A stretch of 64,000 nucleotides of DNA from Spirochaetia bacterium (GCA_963662795.1 OY759746.1:3104001-3168000); one strand, 5' to 3'; positions 31,931 through 43,675 are shown, counted from the stretch's first letter. Notes: generated by a model from the sequence alone, not told the origin. Translations and numbers: made by a program.

Positions 31931-32632
31931 TTGTTTGAAAAATCAGATTTTTTATCACAATCCAGAGCGGTTAATGAAAGAAGTCTTGTAAGAAATATAT
32001 ATCTCTGGATGACAGCAGGGCTTGCGCTGACAGGTGTTGTCTCTTTATGGATGCTCTCAAATCCTGCAAGGATTGTATCGCTTATGCAGTCAGGCATGTT
32101 CTGGGCGCTGTTTATCGGGGAGTTCGCGCTTGTTTTCTTTATGTCGGCACGGATCATGAGTATGAGTCCCCAGACTGCAACCCTGTCTTTTGCGGCATAT
32201 TCTTTTTTAAACGGAGTAACACTGTCAACCCTGTTTCTTATTTACACAAGGGCAAGCCTCGCCTCAACCTTTTTTATAACATCAGCAACCTTTGCCGGTA
32301 TGAGTTTATATGCTGCGACAACGAAGAAGGATTTATCCGGCTATGGACATTACCTGATAATGGGTGTGTGGGGACTTCTGATTGCTTCTGTCGTAAATAT
32401 TTTCCTTAAAAGTTCAGGCATGTATTATCTTATATCCTATGCCGGTGTACTTATTTTCTGCGGACTTACAGCTTATGATACGCAGGCGATTCTAAGAATG
32501 AGCAGAACATACTCAGGCTCGGTTTCTGAAGATGATTATGTTAGATTTTCAGTTATCGGAGCGCTTAAACTTTATCTTGATTTTATCAATATGTTTATCT
32601 TTTTTCTCAGAATTATGGGCAGAAGAAATTAA
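31931..32632 (+). CDS. Bax inhibitor-1/YccA family membrane protein
   Basis: YLWMTAGLALTG, TAYDTQ and ALKLYLDFINMF. Confidence 0.92.
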   Translation: MFEKSDFLSQSRAVNERSLVRNIYLWMTAGLALTGVVSLWMLSNPARIVSLMQSGMFWALFIGEFALVFFMSARIMSMSPQTATLSFAAYSFLNGVTLSTLFLIYTRASLASTFFITSATFAGMSLYAATTKKDLSGYGHYLIMGVWGLLIASVVNIFLKSSGMYYLISYAGVLIFCGLTAYDTQAILRMSRTYSGSVSEDDYVRFSVIGALKLYLDFINMFIFFLRIMGRRN

Positions 32633-32662
32633 CATACCGCTTGTGATGAATTGAAAAAAAAT

Positions 32663-32699
32663 GAGGGGCTCTCCTTTGGTTAAAGGCGCCCCTTTTTTT
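32663..32699 (+). terminator. Rho-independent terminator
   Basis: GAGGGGC-TCTCCTTT...AAAGGC-GCCCCTT followed by a T-run. Confidence 0.65.
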
Positions 32700-32760
32700 A
32701 AGTCCTGACCGGTTAAATCCTTTCAGGATTTAACAGCCTGAAATGAAATAGGGTGATTTG

Positions 32761-33303
32761 ATGAGAATAACAGGCGGGAAATACTGCAGCAGACAGATCA
32801 GGTGTCCCAAAGGGGTTATCCGCCCGGCAATGGACAGGATGAGGGAGTCGATGTTCTCCATACTCGGAAATATTGATGACTTGAGTTTTCTTGATCTTTT
32901 CTGCGGATCCGGGATAGTCGGACTTGAAGCTGCATCCCGCGGTGCGGATCCTGTTTATTTTGTGGAAATGGACAGGATAAAGAAGAATGTTCTGCATGAA
33001 AATGTTATGATTGCGGAAAATACGGAAACAAAAATATTTATTATGCCTGCAGAGAGGTTTATCTCCGCTTCGAAAGAAAAATTTGATCTTGTTTTTCTCG
33101 ACCCGCCGTTTCCATTAAAAAACAAGATCAAACTTGTGGAACTTGCCTGTGAAAAAGATATACTGAATGAAAACGGTCTGTTAATGATCCACCATCCTTC
33201 AGAAGAAAAATGGCCGGAAGGTATAGGTAATCTTCTGCTTGATGACAGGAGAAAATACGGAAGGTCAATACTGTTGTTTTATAAAAAAAAAGCAGCTTTC
33301 TGA
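32761..33303 (+). CDS. rsmD: 16S rRNA m2G966 methyltransferase RsmD
   Basis: MRITGG, RPAMDRMRESMF, LDLFCGSGIVGLEAASRGA and DPPF. Confidence 0.92.
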   Translation: MRITGGKYCSRQIRCPKGVIRPAMDRMRESMFSILGNIDDLSFLDLFCGSGIVGLEAASRGADPVYFVEMDRIKKNVLHENVMIAENTETKIFIMPAERFISASKEKFDLVFLDPPFPLKNKIKLVELACEKDILNENGLLMIHHPSEEKWPEGIGNLLLDDRRKYGRSILLFYKKKAAF

Positions 33304-33309
33304 CCTTGT

Positions 33310-33699
33310 TCAGGTGTTGTGCATTATATAATTGACAATTATCATATCAGATTTTGGAAAACTCATTTCAGTAAGTTCCTCTTTTTCTACCCAGGCTGTA
33401 TCGGTATGTTCGTTGAGGACAAAATTGTCAGACAGGATATCTATGCTGAAAGCAAGCAGCTTGTAAATTATTGAATTATTGGTAAAAAGTCCGCAGCAGA
33501 TTTCTTCCCCGACTTTGATTCTAACATTGAATTCTTCCAGAAATTCCCTCATCAGTGCGGATTGGGGATCTTCCCCATTTTTCGCTTTTCCTCCGGGGAA
33601 CTCCCATAATTCACCGATGGAATTGCCTGGTTTCCTTTTGGCGATGAAATATTTGTTTCCCCGTTTTGCGACACCTGCAGTCGAAATGGAATATATCAT
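33310..33699 (-). CDS. NUDIX hydrolase (MutT/NudG-like)
   Basis: WEFPGGK...ALMREFLEEFN Nudix box. Confidence 0.88.
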   Translation of the reverse strand: MIYSISTAGVAKRGNKYFIAKRKPGNSIGELWEFPGGKAKNGEDPQSALMREFLEEFNVRIKVGEEICCGLFTNNSIIYKLLAFSIDILSDNFVLNEHTDTAWVEKEELTEMSFPKSDMIIVNYIMHNT

Positions 33700-33709
33700 T
33701 GTTCAGGAA

Positions 33710-34120
33710 TTATATGAAAAGTACATCGGGAAAGAAAAAATGCAGTATTGATATCACAATAATTGTAATACCCAATAATGATTTATATTCCTCGATAAAA
33801 ATATTTATTTTCTCTATATGAGGTTCCGAAACACCCTTTTTTTCGACAAAGTATGCATTAAAGAGATATATTGAAATTGTAATGCTTGCCAGCGCCGGGA
33901 GAATATCCCCTACAACATAAACATCGCCGTCAAATACACTTATAATTTTAAAAATTCCGGCAACAGCGGAGAGGATAGCAAAAAAAAGCATATATGAGGA
34001 ATTTTTGAAAAATTCCTGAAGAGATTCGAAACCTGGAAACTGTCTGTTGATTGTATCTCCTGCAAGCAGTAACCCGCCGATAAAGTTTACAAAAATTGAT
34101 AAAAAGTAAAACTGAACCAT
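33710..34120 (-). CDS. Hypothetical membrane protein (about 4 TM)
   Basis: AAGGAG RBS and hydrophobic segments; in the minus-strand operon. Confidence 0.75.
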   Translation of the reverse strand: MVQFYFLSIFVNFIGGLLLAGDTINRQFPGFESLQEFFKNSSYMLFFAILSAVAGIFKIISVFDGDVYVVGDILPALASITISIYLFNAYFVEKKGVSEPHIEKINIFIEEYKSLLGITIIVISILHFFFPDVLFI

Positions 34121-34170
34121 TTATAATACTCCTTGTTAGATAATATCTGAAACTGTAAAGGCCGTCAATT

Positions 34171-34719
34171 TTATTTTTCCCTCTTTAAATTGTATTTCAA
34201 TTTAACGCTGGTATTTTCAAATTTCACTGTTGCGTATGCGGTCGGGGTCGCCGGTTTACCAGTGCCTTCAGGGTCAAGCGGGATTGATGCCCTGATTGTA
34301 ACCTCCCTGTTTATAACATCAGGCAGATAATCGAAATTCTTTTTATAATAATCATCATTTCCGGTAACAGTGATTGTCGCTTCAAAAGGTTTCGGCTCGG
34401 TTTTCAGGGTCAGGAGAGGGGAGTCCATTTTCTTTGTAATAGTAAGGGTTATAAGGGCTTTATCATCGAAAATATATCCTTTCAGAATCAGGCTGTAGTT
34501 GTTTGTCGCGTAGGTGTTTGACGTAAGCCTGCTGTATATAAAAAAACCGGCTGACAGGAGACATATAATAACAATATCAGCAAATAAAATCACCATTGAT
34601 TTGTTACGGAAAAATCCCCTTTTTCCGGATTTAAGCTTAAGCAGAGCTTCAGGCATCATTGCAAGTCTTTCATTTCTGTCGTAGTGCCGTTCTATCTGCT
34701 CTTTACCATTGTTTTCCAT
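34171..34719 (-). CDS. Hypothetical single-pass membrane protein
   Basis: Cytoplasmic HYDRNERL segment, one TM and a beta-rich C-terminus; starts 2 bp after the nnr stop. Confidence 0.7.
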   Translation of the reverse strand: MENNGKEQIERHYDRNERLAMMPEALLKLKSGKRGFFRNKSMVILFADIVIICLLSAGFFIYSRLTSNTYATNNYSLILKGYIFDDKALITLTITKKMDSPLLTLKTEPKPFEATITVTGNDDYYKKNFDYLPDVINREVTIRASIPLDPEGTGKPATPTAYATVKFENTSVKLKYNLKREK

Positions 34720-34721
34720 AT

Positions 34722-36224
34722 TTAAGCCTGCTTTATTTCTTTTATGACAAGGGATATAAAATCCAGTAATTCCTCTGAAGCGAAGTACCCTTTTTCATTA
34801 TAGCATTTTTTCCCTGCTTCGCTGTGAATTATTACGCCTGATACAGCAGCTTTTTCCGGATGCAGACCGTAAGCCAGCAGCCCTCCTATAATTCCCGCAA
34901 GAATATCCCCGCTTCCTGCAGTTGCAAGTGCCGGATTCATGCTGTCAAGAATCATGATTTTTCCGCCTGGCGTGCATATCCATGTAACATGTGATTTAAG
35001 AACAACAGTGATACCTGTTTTGATGCAGAAAGATTTTAAATAAGGAGCTGGATTATCCATTATATCATCAACAGGAACCTTGACAAGGGTGGCAAATTCT
35101 CCCGGATGCGGCGTAATTATGCAGTTTTTGTTGTTAAATTGATCTTTTAATGATGACAGCAGTGAAATGCCGTCCGCGTCAATCACTAAAGGTTTGTCTG
35201 TTTCCAGAAGCAGCTTTTCTAGCAGAGCTCTTTTCTCTTTTTCAAATCCCCATCCTGGTCCTGCTATAAATGCATCATAGGTTTTTAAAAGCTCTTTAAA
35301 GGGTTTTTCCGGCGGAAATGAATCAAGCATCACAGAGGTAACTGAACTGATAAGGGAACTGTATATTTCTTTATCGGTATACAGAGTCACAAGCCCTGCA
35401 AGACTTTTAAGAGCGGCTCGTGATGACAGCACCCCGGCTCCGCTTTTCCCCCTGCTTCCGGCGAAAACCGCTGCATGGCCGCGTGAATTCTTGTAGCTCC
35501 AGTGCGGAGGAAGGCTTATATAGCGGTTTGCCATATCTTTTTCAATAAGTATGCAGGAAGGATTTTCAATTGAAAGAACAGAAGGGGGAAAAGCGGCATC
35601 GGTAATAATAATTCTGCCGCACCTTTTTCTTGCCGAAGGATAGTAGAGGGAAGTTTTCGGAAGACCGATTGTGATGGTAAGATCAGCGTTTACGGATTTA
35701 AAGCTGTTTTTAAAATTATCTCCGATTCCGGAAGGTATATCTATCGAGCAGATAAATGAACCTGTACTGTTGATTTCATCACACAGCTCAGCTTCTCTTT
35801 CCCTGAGCGGCCCTTTGAGGCCTGTTCCTGCTATTCCGTCTACAATAACCAGGGATTTTTTCAACTCTTCAAGCGATTCTTTTTTCTTTTTTTTCCAGTC
35901 AAGAATCTTTATTCCCAGGTTCCTGCAAAGTTCAAAATTGATTTTGGCATGTCCTTCTTTATAAGCGCTTCCGGTAGTTATTATAGACCCTTTATTGCCT
36001 CTGATGAAATGGTGCCGCGCCATGACAAGGGCGTCTCCTCCATTATTGCCGCTTCCGCAAACAAAGACAGTATTTTTGTTTTCGTAATGGGATAAAGTTT
36101 TTTCTTCAAGAATCCTCAGGGAATTTAATCCCGCGTTTTCCATCAGAAGAATTCCAGGATAGGCAAAATTATCCCTTGCTTTTTTATCTATTGCAGCCAT
36201 TGTATCAGAATCTACTATAATCAT
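34722..36224 (-). CDS. nnr: Bifunctional NAD(P)H-hydrate epimerase/dehydratase
   Basis: LMENAG, CGSGNNGGD, IDIPSG, GPGWG, IDADG, TPHPGEF and LATAGSGDILAG. Confidence 0.93.
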   Translation of the reverse strand: MIIVDSDTMAAIDKKARDNFAYPGILLMENAGLNSLRILEEKTLSHYENKNTVFVCGSGNNGGDALVMARHHFIRGNKGSIITTGSAYKEGHAKINFELCRNLGIKILDWKKKKKESLEELKKSLVIVDGIAGTGLKGPLREREAELCDEINSTGSFICSIDIPSGIGDNFKNSFKSVNADLTITIGLPKTSLYYPSARKRCGRIIITDAAFPPSVLSIENPSCILIEKDMANRYISLPPHWSYKNSRGHAAVFAGSRGKSGAGVLSSRAALKSLAGLVTLYTDKEIYSSLISSVTSVMLDSFPPEKPFKELLKTYDAFIAGPGWGFEKEKRALLEKLLLETDKPLVIDADGISLLSSLKDQFNNKNCIITPHPGEFATLVKVPVDDIMDNPAPYLKSFCIKTGITVVLKSHVTWICTPGGKIMILDSMNPALATAGSGDILAGIIGGLLAYGLHPEKAAVSGVIIHSEAGKKCYNEKGYFASEELLDFISLVIKEIKQA

Positions 36225-36239
36225 ATTCTCCCCAAGTTG

Positions 36240-37448
36240 TTACTTTTCCTGGAGCATTGAGTCTGTCCTCCACCAGGCAATTGTTGTTTCATTCTTTCCT
36301 GCCATAAGAGCTGTAAGGATACCTTCGTTGCTTAAATTCATGTCTATATGAAAGTATGACTCAAAATCGATATTAATTTTTGCCTGATCAATTACTTTTC
36401 CGTCTGTATCAAGTACAAGAACCTGCATCGCGTTATTGTTGAGAAAAGAAGAAAGAATAATATATTTATTATTTACAATATCAAGGAAGTTGTAGAGAAC
36501 CTGCAGCCGCTTCTCCATGAAATTTCCCTTGATATCAGGGGCAGTAAAGGCATCTGGAAGCTCTATCATATTAACATACTTGCCTGTATCAACATCCAGA
36601 ATATTTATGTAGGACTTATAGAAATCAATATCTGTTTTTGTGTCCGAAATTTCGCTGCTCACCTGTTTATAGTAATCTGTTTTTATAAATAAAAAATGGC
36701 CCTTATCAGGCGCCTTTATTGTACTGACTGATGGAAACAGATTTTTTTCTCCTTCAGGAAAAGGTACTGTATTTTCATCTATTTCAATCCGGAAGAGCAG
36801 GTTGCCGTTATTATCAAACCAGAATACAATGTGCTTTATCCCCGGCCGTGTTATCGCGATAATGTCATTGCTGTCGTTTGTAATAATGTTTTTAATAAAC
36901 GGAAACGGTATACCTCCTTTCCCGTCCTGTCCAATGGAATCGATAAAATTGGAATTGTTATCATACCTGTATATGATGTTGGAAAGCATTGCCCCTGTCT
37001 CCTCATCATATTCATGTCTTTCCTGGGGCAGAACATCGCTTACATAAATGTATTGTCTTTTATCAACTGCGAACTCTTCAATACTGTTGAAAGGGAAAAA
37101 AACAGCCTTTCGGTTTACTTTTTCATTATCAGAAACATTATCATCGACTATTACAGGTGATGAAATAGTTTCCCTGTTCCCAAGAACAGTAAGAATGTCT
37201 CCGAAAGATGTAAATTTCATTATTTTTTTCAGATTGCCGTTCATGATATAGACTATACCGTTTGCCATTTTTATAATTGCGGGAAACGGAACTGTAATGG
37301 AACTGTTATAGGACATGTCAAGCTGGTCTTCCATTTTACCGTAGTTGAGAGTGAAAAGCACTTCTTTTTTAAGAAGTGAAGACTCTCCGTCATTGCATGA
37401 ACTGAAAAGTATTAACAGGCTGATGCATAAAAAAAAATATCTTTTCAT
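36240..37448 (-). CDS. Spirochaete lipoprotein (LIC_12708-like, probable beta-propeller)
   Basis: Lipobox FSSC after MKRYFF; LFTLNYG..EDQL, KIMKFTSFGD, IGQDGKGGIPFP and WWRTD; divergent from secA. Confidence 0.7.
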   Translation of the reverse strand: MKRYFFLCISLLILFSSCNDGESSLLKKEVLFTLNYGKMEDQLDMSYNSSITVPFPAIIKMANGIVYIMNGNLKKIMKFTSFGDILTVLGNRETISSPVIVDDNVSDNEKVNRKAVFFPFNSIEEFAVDKRQYIYVSDVLPQERHEYDEETGAMLSNIIYRYDNNSNFIDSIGQDGKGGIPFPFIKNIITNDSNDIIAITRPGIKHIVFWFDNNGNLLFRIEIDENTVPFPEGEKNLFPSVSTIKAPDKGHFLFIKTDYYKQVSSEISDTKTDIDFYKSYINILDVDTGKYVNMIELPDAFTAPDIKGNFMEKRLQVLYNFLDIVNNKYIILSSFLNNNAMQVLVLDTDGKVIDQAKINIDFESYFHIDMNLSNEGILTALMAGKNETTIAWWRTDSMLQEK

Positions 37449-37596
37449 TTGCCGAAATGATACTATCTGCAATATTTAATGTCAATCTTGACTTCAGATT
37501 AAAAAAAAGAATGGTTTTTATGGAAAAGATATTACAATTAACAGTCAAAATCTGTTATATTTTTCTGGTAAAAATCACAGGAGCATCGTTTTCATA

Positions 37597-40317
37597 ATGG
37601 TAAATAAAATAATTGAAACTGTATTTGGATCGAAGCACGAAAAAGATCTGAAAGAACTTCTCCCAATACTCCATAGGGTTAATGAAAAAGAAAAATGGGC
37701 AATGGGTCTTAAAGATGAAGAACTTAGAAATCAGACTGCACTGTTCCGGAACAGGTTGAAAAACAACGAAAGTCTTGATGATTTACTTCCTGAAGCTTTT
37801 TCTGTTGTAAGGGAATCGGCGCGCAGGGCACTTGGTGAGCGCCCTTATGATGTTCAGATTCTTGGCGGTATAGTCCTTCATCAGGGAAAAATTACAGAGA
37901 TGAAAACAGGTGAGGGGAAAACCCTCTCAAGCGTAACTGCAGCCTATCTTAATGCGCTTACAGGACGGGGCGTCCATATTGTAACTGTAAATGATTATCT
38001 GGCAGAGAGGGACGCTTTATGGATGAAGCCTGTTTATGATATGCTTGATATCTCTGTCGGCTTTATAGTTTCAAACATGGACAATGATGCCAGAAAAATT
38101 GCGTATTCCTGCGATATTACATACGGCACAAATAATGAACTGGGGTTTGACTATCTCCGTGACAATATGCGGTGGAACAGCGAAGAAAAGGTTCTCAGAT
38201 ATCACAATTACTGTATCATAGATGAAATAGACTCTATTCTTATTGATGAAGCCCGTACACCCCTTATAATCTCCGGAGCGGCTGAAGATGATACCCGTAA
38301 ATTCTACGAAGTAAACAACCTCGTAGGCCTTCTTGCTGAATGCGAAAAAGACGTGAATACAGGAGAATATCCTGAGGAAAATCCTGCCGGCGACTACAAG
38401 ATTGATGAGAAAGGGAAGAGAATAACCTTTACGGAAGATGGAATAAACAGTGTTGAACGGCTTCTTATTAAAAACGGTATTATTAAGGAATCGCTCTATA
38501 ACGAAGATAACTTTGAATATATCCACTACATTACTCAGGCTCTTAAAGCCCATAAACTTTTCCATAAAGATGTTGACTATGTTGTCCAGAACGGAATTGT
38601 ACAGATTGTTGATGAATTTACAGGCCGTATCCTTGCCGGCAGAAGATATTCCGAAGGGCTGCATCAGGCCATAGAAGCAAAGGAAAAAATCAAGGTTGCC
38701 CAGAGGAATAAAACCCTCGCGACTATTACATTCCAGAATTTTTTCAGGATGTATGACAAAATATCAGGCATGACAGGAACAGCTGATACAGAGGCGAGGG
38801 AGTTCTCCCGGATCTATAACCTTGATGTTGTTGTAATTCCCACAAACAGGCCCATCAACAGGGATGATCAGGATGATGAGATTTACCTGAACGAGAAATG
38901 CAAATTTGACGCAATCTGCGGGGAGATTGAAGCTGCGCATAAAAAAGGGCAGCCGATTCTTGTGGGAACTGTTTCAATTGAAAAGTCGGAACTTCTTTCA
39001 AAACTTCTTACACACAGGGGTATCCGTCACGAGGTGCTCAATGCGAAAAACCATGCACGGGAAGCAATGATAATAGCCGAAGCGGGCGCTAAAGGATCTG
39101 TGACGATAGCGACAAACATGGCAGGCCGGGGAACAGATATAAAACTTGGCGGCAATCCGGAATTCAGGGCAAGAAAAGCCGCCGGTACAGAAGCTGAAGA
39201 GGAAGAATTCAGAAAAGCATACAGAAAAGAATATGAGAAGTGGCTTTCCGATTATGAAGAGGTCAAAACCGCGGGCGGGCTCTTTGTATTAGGCACAGAA
39301 CGGCATGAATCACGGCGTATAGACAACCAGCTGAGGGGAAGATCGGGGAGGCAGGGAGACCCAGGACGGTCTAAATTTTATATATCGCTTGATGATACCC
39401 TTATGAGGCTTTTCGGCGGCGAAAATATGAAATCTCTCATGTCAAAAGCAGGGATGAAGAATGATGAACCTATTCATCACCCCTGGATAAGCAAATCCAT
39501 CGAAAAAGCGCAGAAACGGGTTGAAGAGCGCAACTATGAAATAAGAAAACATCTCCTTGAATATGACGATGTCCTTAATGAACACAGAAAATTTATCTAT
39601 AACCAGAGAGACGCAATTCTGGAAGAGAATAACTTAAGCGAAAGGATTATATCGATCGCGGAAGAATGTATTGATGATATTCTCCTTGAAACAGAAAAAA
39701 CCCATAATACCAACAGCTTTTTTCTGGATAAAATCCAGGAAGTGCTTTTTTACAAACCCCAGGTTTCAGAGGATTCAATCAATAATATGCCTGCGGGTGA
39801 ATTAAAAGATTACATCGTAAGGCAGATAGCCGCTGAAACTTATGAGAAAGAAACCCAGGTTGGAAAGGAAAATTTTAACTATTTTATCAGGATTGAATAT
39901 ATGCGCCATATTGATACGAAATGGCAGGAGCATCTTGAGAACCTTGAAGAGCTGAGGGAAGCGGTTTACTTAAGAACCTATGGGCAAAAGAACCCGCTGC
40001 TTGAATACAAACTGGAAGGATTTGAAATATTTGACAAACTTATTTCTGACATAAGACTAATGCTTACGCGAAAAGTACTTAATGTAAGAATAAGAATAGA
40101 CAGTGATAAACCAAAAAACATGCCGCGCGAGACGGTACAGGCATCACATAATGCGATGGGACAGTTCTCCGGGGGTGCCCAGACTGCGGGGGCTTCTTCC
40201 CAGGGACACGGAATGCCGGATAACGTTCAAGTTAAAAGGACTGTGCCCAAGGTTGGACGAAACGATATGTGCCCCTGCGGAAGCGGAAAAAAATACAAAC
40301 ACTGCCATGGCAGCTGA
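37597..40317 (+). CDS. secA: Preprotein translocase subunit SecA
   Basis: [61 protein letters not shown] and SEC-C motif [13 protein letters not shown]. Confidence 0.98.
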   Translation: MVNKIIETVFGSKHEKDLKELLPILHRVNEKEKWAMGLKDEELRNQTALFRNRLKNNESLDDLLPEAFSVVRESARRALGERPYDVQILGGIVLHQGKITEMKTGEGKTLSSVTAAYLNALTGRGVHIVTVNDYLAERDALWMKPVYDMLDISVGFIVSNMDNDARKIAYSCDITYGTNNELGFDYLRDNMRWNSEEKVLRYHNYCIIDEIDSILIDEARTPLIISGAAEDDTRKFYEVNNLVGLLAECEKDVNTGEYPEENPAGDYKIDEKGKRITFTEDGINSVERLLIKNGIIKESLYNEDNFEYIHYITQALKAHKLFHKDVDYVVQNGIVQIVDEFTGRILAGRRYSEGLHQAIEAKEKIKVAQRNKTLATITFQNFFRMYDKISGMTGTADTEAREFSRIYNLDVVVIPTNRPINRDDQDDEIYLNEKCKFDAICGEIEAAHKKGQPILVGTVSIEKSELLSKLLTHRGIRHEVLNAKNHAREAMIIAEAGAKGSVTIATNMAGRGTDIKLGGNPEFRARKAAGTEAEEEEFRKAYRKEYEKWLSDYEEVKTAGGLFVLGTERHESRRIDNQLRGRSGRQGDPGRSKFYISLDDTLMRLFGGENMKSLMSKAGMKNDEPIHHPWISKSIEKAQKRVEERNYEIRKHLLEYDDVLNEHRKFIYNQRDAILEENNLSERIISIAEECIDDILLETEKTHNTNSFFLDKIQEVLFYKPQVSEDSINNMPAGELKDYIVRQIAAETYEKETQVGKENFNYFIRIEYMRHIDTKWQEHLENLEELREAVYLRTYGQKNPLLEYKLEGFEIFDKLISDIRLMLTRKVLNVRIRIDSDKPKNMPRETVQASHNAMGQFSGGAQTAGASSQGHGMPDNVQVKRTVPKVGRNDMCPCGSGKKYKHCHGS

Positions 40318-40356
40318 AAACCCGGATTATTACCGCCTCTGCCGGCAATGCTGAAT

Positions 40357-41727
40357 CTACCTCGAAGCTGAAAGGAGAGTTGCCGGGTCTATCGGTTTCT
40401 GGTTGTGATATATGGAGAAGTGGAGGTGGGGGCCGGTGCTTCTGCCTGTATTTCCAAGCTCTCCAATAATCTGACCCTGCACGACACTTTCCCCTTCGCG
40501 GACCCTGTATTTATCAAGATGGGCATACAATGACTGGTAACTGTCCTGATGTTTAATAATAACGAATTTACCGTAAATTGAACTGTAGCTGCACATCAGC
40601 ACTTTACCATCAAGCGTTGCCCTTATCTTTGTCCCTGTAAAATTTGCAATATCCATTCCATAGTGCATCATTTTTCTCCCTGTAAAAGGGTCTTTTCTGT
40701 AACCGTACGGTGAAGTAAGTCTCCCGCTTACAGGGTAAATGAAAAGTTCGCCGAGCGCTTTTTTAAGATCAAAGCTGTTCATTTTAGCTCCCGGGATGAA
40801 CAGCTCCTGACCCGGTTTTATCAGATATGAATCAATATTGTTAATGTCAAGCAGAGAATTTAATTCAACATTGAATTTTGCGGCTATTGATCCAAGTGAA
40901 TCTCCCTTGGATACTTTATAGAAGAGGCCGGTTTTATCAGGAATTTTAATTGTTGTACCTGAGTTGATTTTTCTGGCATTTTTAATGTTATTGAAGCTGA
41001 TTATAGTTCCCAGATCTATTTTGTATTTGTTTGCAATTGTTGAAAGACTTTCTCCGCTTACAATCCTGTGTTCACGGATTGTAAAACCCTTCAAAAGAGA
41101 CAGGTCAACATTGCCGAAAGCTTTTGTATCTGCAGCGTCTTCTTTACTGAAAACCGCTTCCATCATTGAATCTACCCTGTTATCGCGCGGCAGATTTATT
41201 TCTGCGGGCGGTACAAATGCTGATGAAGAAATACTGGCCGTAATTATAATTCCAAAAATCAGCGCTGCCGCAAATGTATTGATAAAAACATTTCCGAAAG
41301 AGAAAAGTCTGACTATATTGCTGATGCTGTTTTTGAAAGTCCTGTTCCCTGAAGATTTATTAAATAATTTTGTTATATGATTTACAAAACGGGCAGGGAG
41401 TATCAGATACTGCCCTTTTACGGATTTTTTGAAAATTCTTTTATCTGCAGTTTTACCGGAATAGGCCAGAGGCCTGTATGAAAATTCCTTCGATTTCCTG
41501 TTTGCCGATTTTTTATTGCCTGAAAACCATGCAAAAAGCTTCAGTCCTGAGGACATTCGTCCTGAGGGCTGCCCCTTAAGCAGATCATTTAAGCTGACCT
41601 GTTTTCGTCCTGAAAGCTGTTCAGGCCTTCCTGTTAGAAGAGAAGAAGAATATTCTGTTTTTATCTTTTCCGAAGGCTTATTATGCCTTTTATTTATTTT
41701 TTGTTTGAAGCTGAGTAAATTGTCCAT
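40357..41727 (-). CDS. LysM-containing M23 family metallopeptidase
   Basis: One TM, two LysM repeats (GESLSTIA, GDSLGSIA), HYGMD and STGPHLHF. Start likely ATG 41727, because the longer ORF-track call overlaps the divergent PBP. Confidence 0.9.
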   Translation of the reverse strand: MDNLLSFKQKINKRHNKPSEKIKTEYSSSLLTGRPEQLSGRKQVSLNDLLKGQPSGRMSSGLKLFAWFSGNKKSANRKSKEFSYRPLAYSGKTADKRIFKKSVKGQYLILPARFVNHITKLFNKSSGNRTFKNSISNIVRLFSFGNVFINTFAAALIFGIIITASISSSAFVPPAEINLPRDNRVDSMMEAVFSKEDAADTKAFGNVDLSLLKGFTIREHRIVSGESLSTIANKYKIDLGTIISFNNIKNARKINSGTTIKIPDKTGLFYKVSKGDSLGSIAAKFNVELNSLLDINNIDSYLIKPGQELFIPGAKMNSFDLKKALGELFIYPVSGRLTSPYGYRKDPFTGRKMMHYGMDIANFTGTKIRATLDGKVLMCSYSSIYGKFVIIKHQDSYQSLYAHLDKYRVREGESVVQGQIIGELGNTGRSTGPHLHFSIYHNQKPIDPATLLSASR

Positions 41728-41779
41728 AAATCTTAATATTATATCGACATTTAGAGAGTAACATATTAATATACATTTG

Positions 41780-43663
41780 ATGAAAAGCAGTACTTTAGAG
41801 CTCAGGAAGAAGATCTTTTTGATAGGAACAGTCCTGATTGTAGTGTTGATCATAATCAGGTACATGAGCCTGATGCTTTTCATCCCCGCAGACGGGGATG
41901 ATTCTGTTCTGCACAAACCGGTCGTGGAAAGAGGCCCGATACTTGACAGAAACGGCAGAATACTTGCCATACAGACAAGACTGTATTCGGTTACAGCCTG
42001 GATACCAAGTATAAAGGATGCCGGAAAAACAGCATCAATCATATCGGAAGTACTTGAAATTGATAAAAATCAGCTTATTCAGGATATCTCATCCCGCCCG
42101 CGGTTCATGTACATAAAAAGAAAAATTTCCAACAGCGATGCGGAGGAATTAAGGGGTTATATCGACAAGGGAGATCTGCCTGGAATAGGTCTTGAGCCTG
42201 AATACGGCAGAAGTTATCCGGAAAAAGAGCTTGCCTCCCACCTTATAGGTTATACCGGAACAGACAATACCGGACTTGAAGGGATTGAATACACATACAA
42301 CAGCATCCTTTCCCCCCCGTCAACACAGTCTATAGGAAACAGCAGTGACATCTACGGCAATCAGGTTTTTCTTACCATAGATATAAATATCCAGAATTTT
42401 GCCCATCAGGCAGCCCTTGAAGCCTGGGAAAAGTATAATCCCGATTCAGTCATGATGATAGCCGCAGAGGCCCGGACAGGAGATATACTTGCCTATGTTT
42501 CAATCCCTGAAGTTGATCTTAATAATTTCTCCGCATCGCAGGCGGGAGACAGGATCAACCGGCCTGTGGCGAATGCCTATGAACCCGGTTCTGTTTTTAA
42601 GATATTCAGTATAGCTTCCTTTCTCCAGCTTGGAGGCATTGATGAACAAAGCGAGTTTTACTGCAACGGATTTTTTGAGATAAATACAGAAGGGACAAAC
42701 CCGGTAAAAATCAAATGTCTTGGAAATCACGGGACAGTTACCCCTGAAAATATCCTTAAATATTCATGCAACGCGGGAGCGGCCTATGCCTCCCTTACTG
42801 TCTCTGATGAAAGTTTTTACCGGATGCTTAAACTGTTTGATTTCGGTGAACGGACCGGAGTTCTCCTTCCCGGCGAGACTGTCGGACTTTTAAGGGAAGA
42901 CAGGCTTTGGTCTATCCGGTCAAAACCGACAATTTCATTTGGTCAGGAAATATCAGTCTCTGCAATGCAGATAGTCAAGGCTGCCTCAGTATTTGCCAAC
43001 GCAGGTGTAATGCTTCAGCCGCATATTGTGAGCAAAGTTGTCGGGCACGACGGAAAGGTTGTTGACAAATCTGTAAGGGAACCGATAAGACAGGTAATTT
43101 CACCTGAAACCGCATCCTCCGTACTGCAGATGATGACCACTGTTGCTGATGCGGATGGAGGGACCGGGAGAAGGGCGGCCGTTGACGGGATAACAATGGC
43201 AGTAAAAACAGGGACAGCCCAGAAACTTGATAAACAAACCGGAAAATACTCTGAAAATGAGTTTATATCATCCTGCCTTGCCGTATTTCCTGCCGAGGAT
43301 CCGCAGATCATAGTATATAACGTAATTGAGAATCCAAAAAAGGTCAGCTACTACGGCGGGGTGATCGCGGCCCCCCTTGTCGGGGACCTCTCTGATAAAA
43401 TAGTATCGTATCTTGGTATACCAAGAACCGGGGACATGGTAATCAACCATCCCGGAAAAATTACCATAAAACAGAAACCTCCGCTCACACTTGATGACAA
43501 GGTTCCTGATTTTACAGGAATGTCGAAAAGGGAACTGCTTCCTCTCCTGAAAGACAACAGGGTAAAGGTTTTAATTACAGGCGACGGATGGGTAAGGAAC
43601 CAGAATCCGCCTCCGGGTACAGATGTTGTTGACGGACTTAATATCAGACTTGAGCTTGAATAA
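41780..43663 (+). CDS. Class B penicillin-binding protein (FtsI-like) with PASTA domain
   Basis: RGPILDRNG, YEPGSVFK (SxxK), SCN, KTGTAQK and C-terminal VPDFTG...QNP.PG. Confidence 0.93.
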   Translation: MKSSTLELRKKIFLIGTVLIVVLIIIRYMSLMLFIPADGDDSVLHKPVVERGPILDRNGRILAIQTRLYSVTAWIPSIKDAGKTASIISEVLEIDKNQLIQDISSRPRFMYIKRKISNSDAEELRGYIDKGDLPGIGLEPEYGRSYPEKELASHLIGYTGTDNTGLEGIEYTYNSILSPPSTQSIGNSSDIYGNQVFLTIDINIQNFAHQAALEAWEKYNPDSVMMIAAEARTGDILAYVSIPEVDLNNFSASQAGDRINRPVANAYEPGSVFKIFSIASFLQLGGIDEQSEFYCNGFFEINTEGTNPVKIKCLGNHGTVTPENILKYSCNAGAAYASLTVSDESFYRMLKLFDFGERTGVLLPGETVGLLREDRLWSIRSKPTISFGQEISVSAMQIVKAASVFANAGVMLQPHIVSKVVGHDGKVVDKSVREPIRQVISPETASSVLQMMTTVADADGGTGRRAAVDGITMAVKTGTAQKLDKQTGKYSENEFISSCLAVFPAEDPQIIVYNVIENPKKVSYYGGVIAAPLVGDLSDKIVSYLGIPRTGDMVINHPGKITIKQKPPLTLDDKVPDFTGMSKRELLPLLKDNRVKVLITGDGWVRNQNPPPGTDVVDGLNIRLELE

Positions 43664-43675
43664 ATCGGAAAACTG

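Noticed and set aside
38071-38664. Long antisense ORFs within secA (and 58704-59267 within the binding-protein gene, plus other shadow ORFs)
   Set aside because: They lie opposite or within conserved genes and show no recognisable motifs or RBS; these are expected codon-bias shadows.
41728-42042. N-terminal extension of the M23 ORF given in the ORF track
   Set aside because: It overlaps the well-supported PBP gene on the opposite strand; ATG 41727 is the more plausible start.
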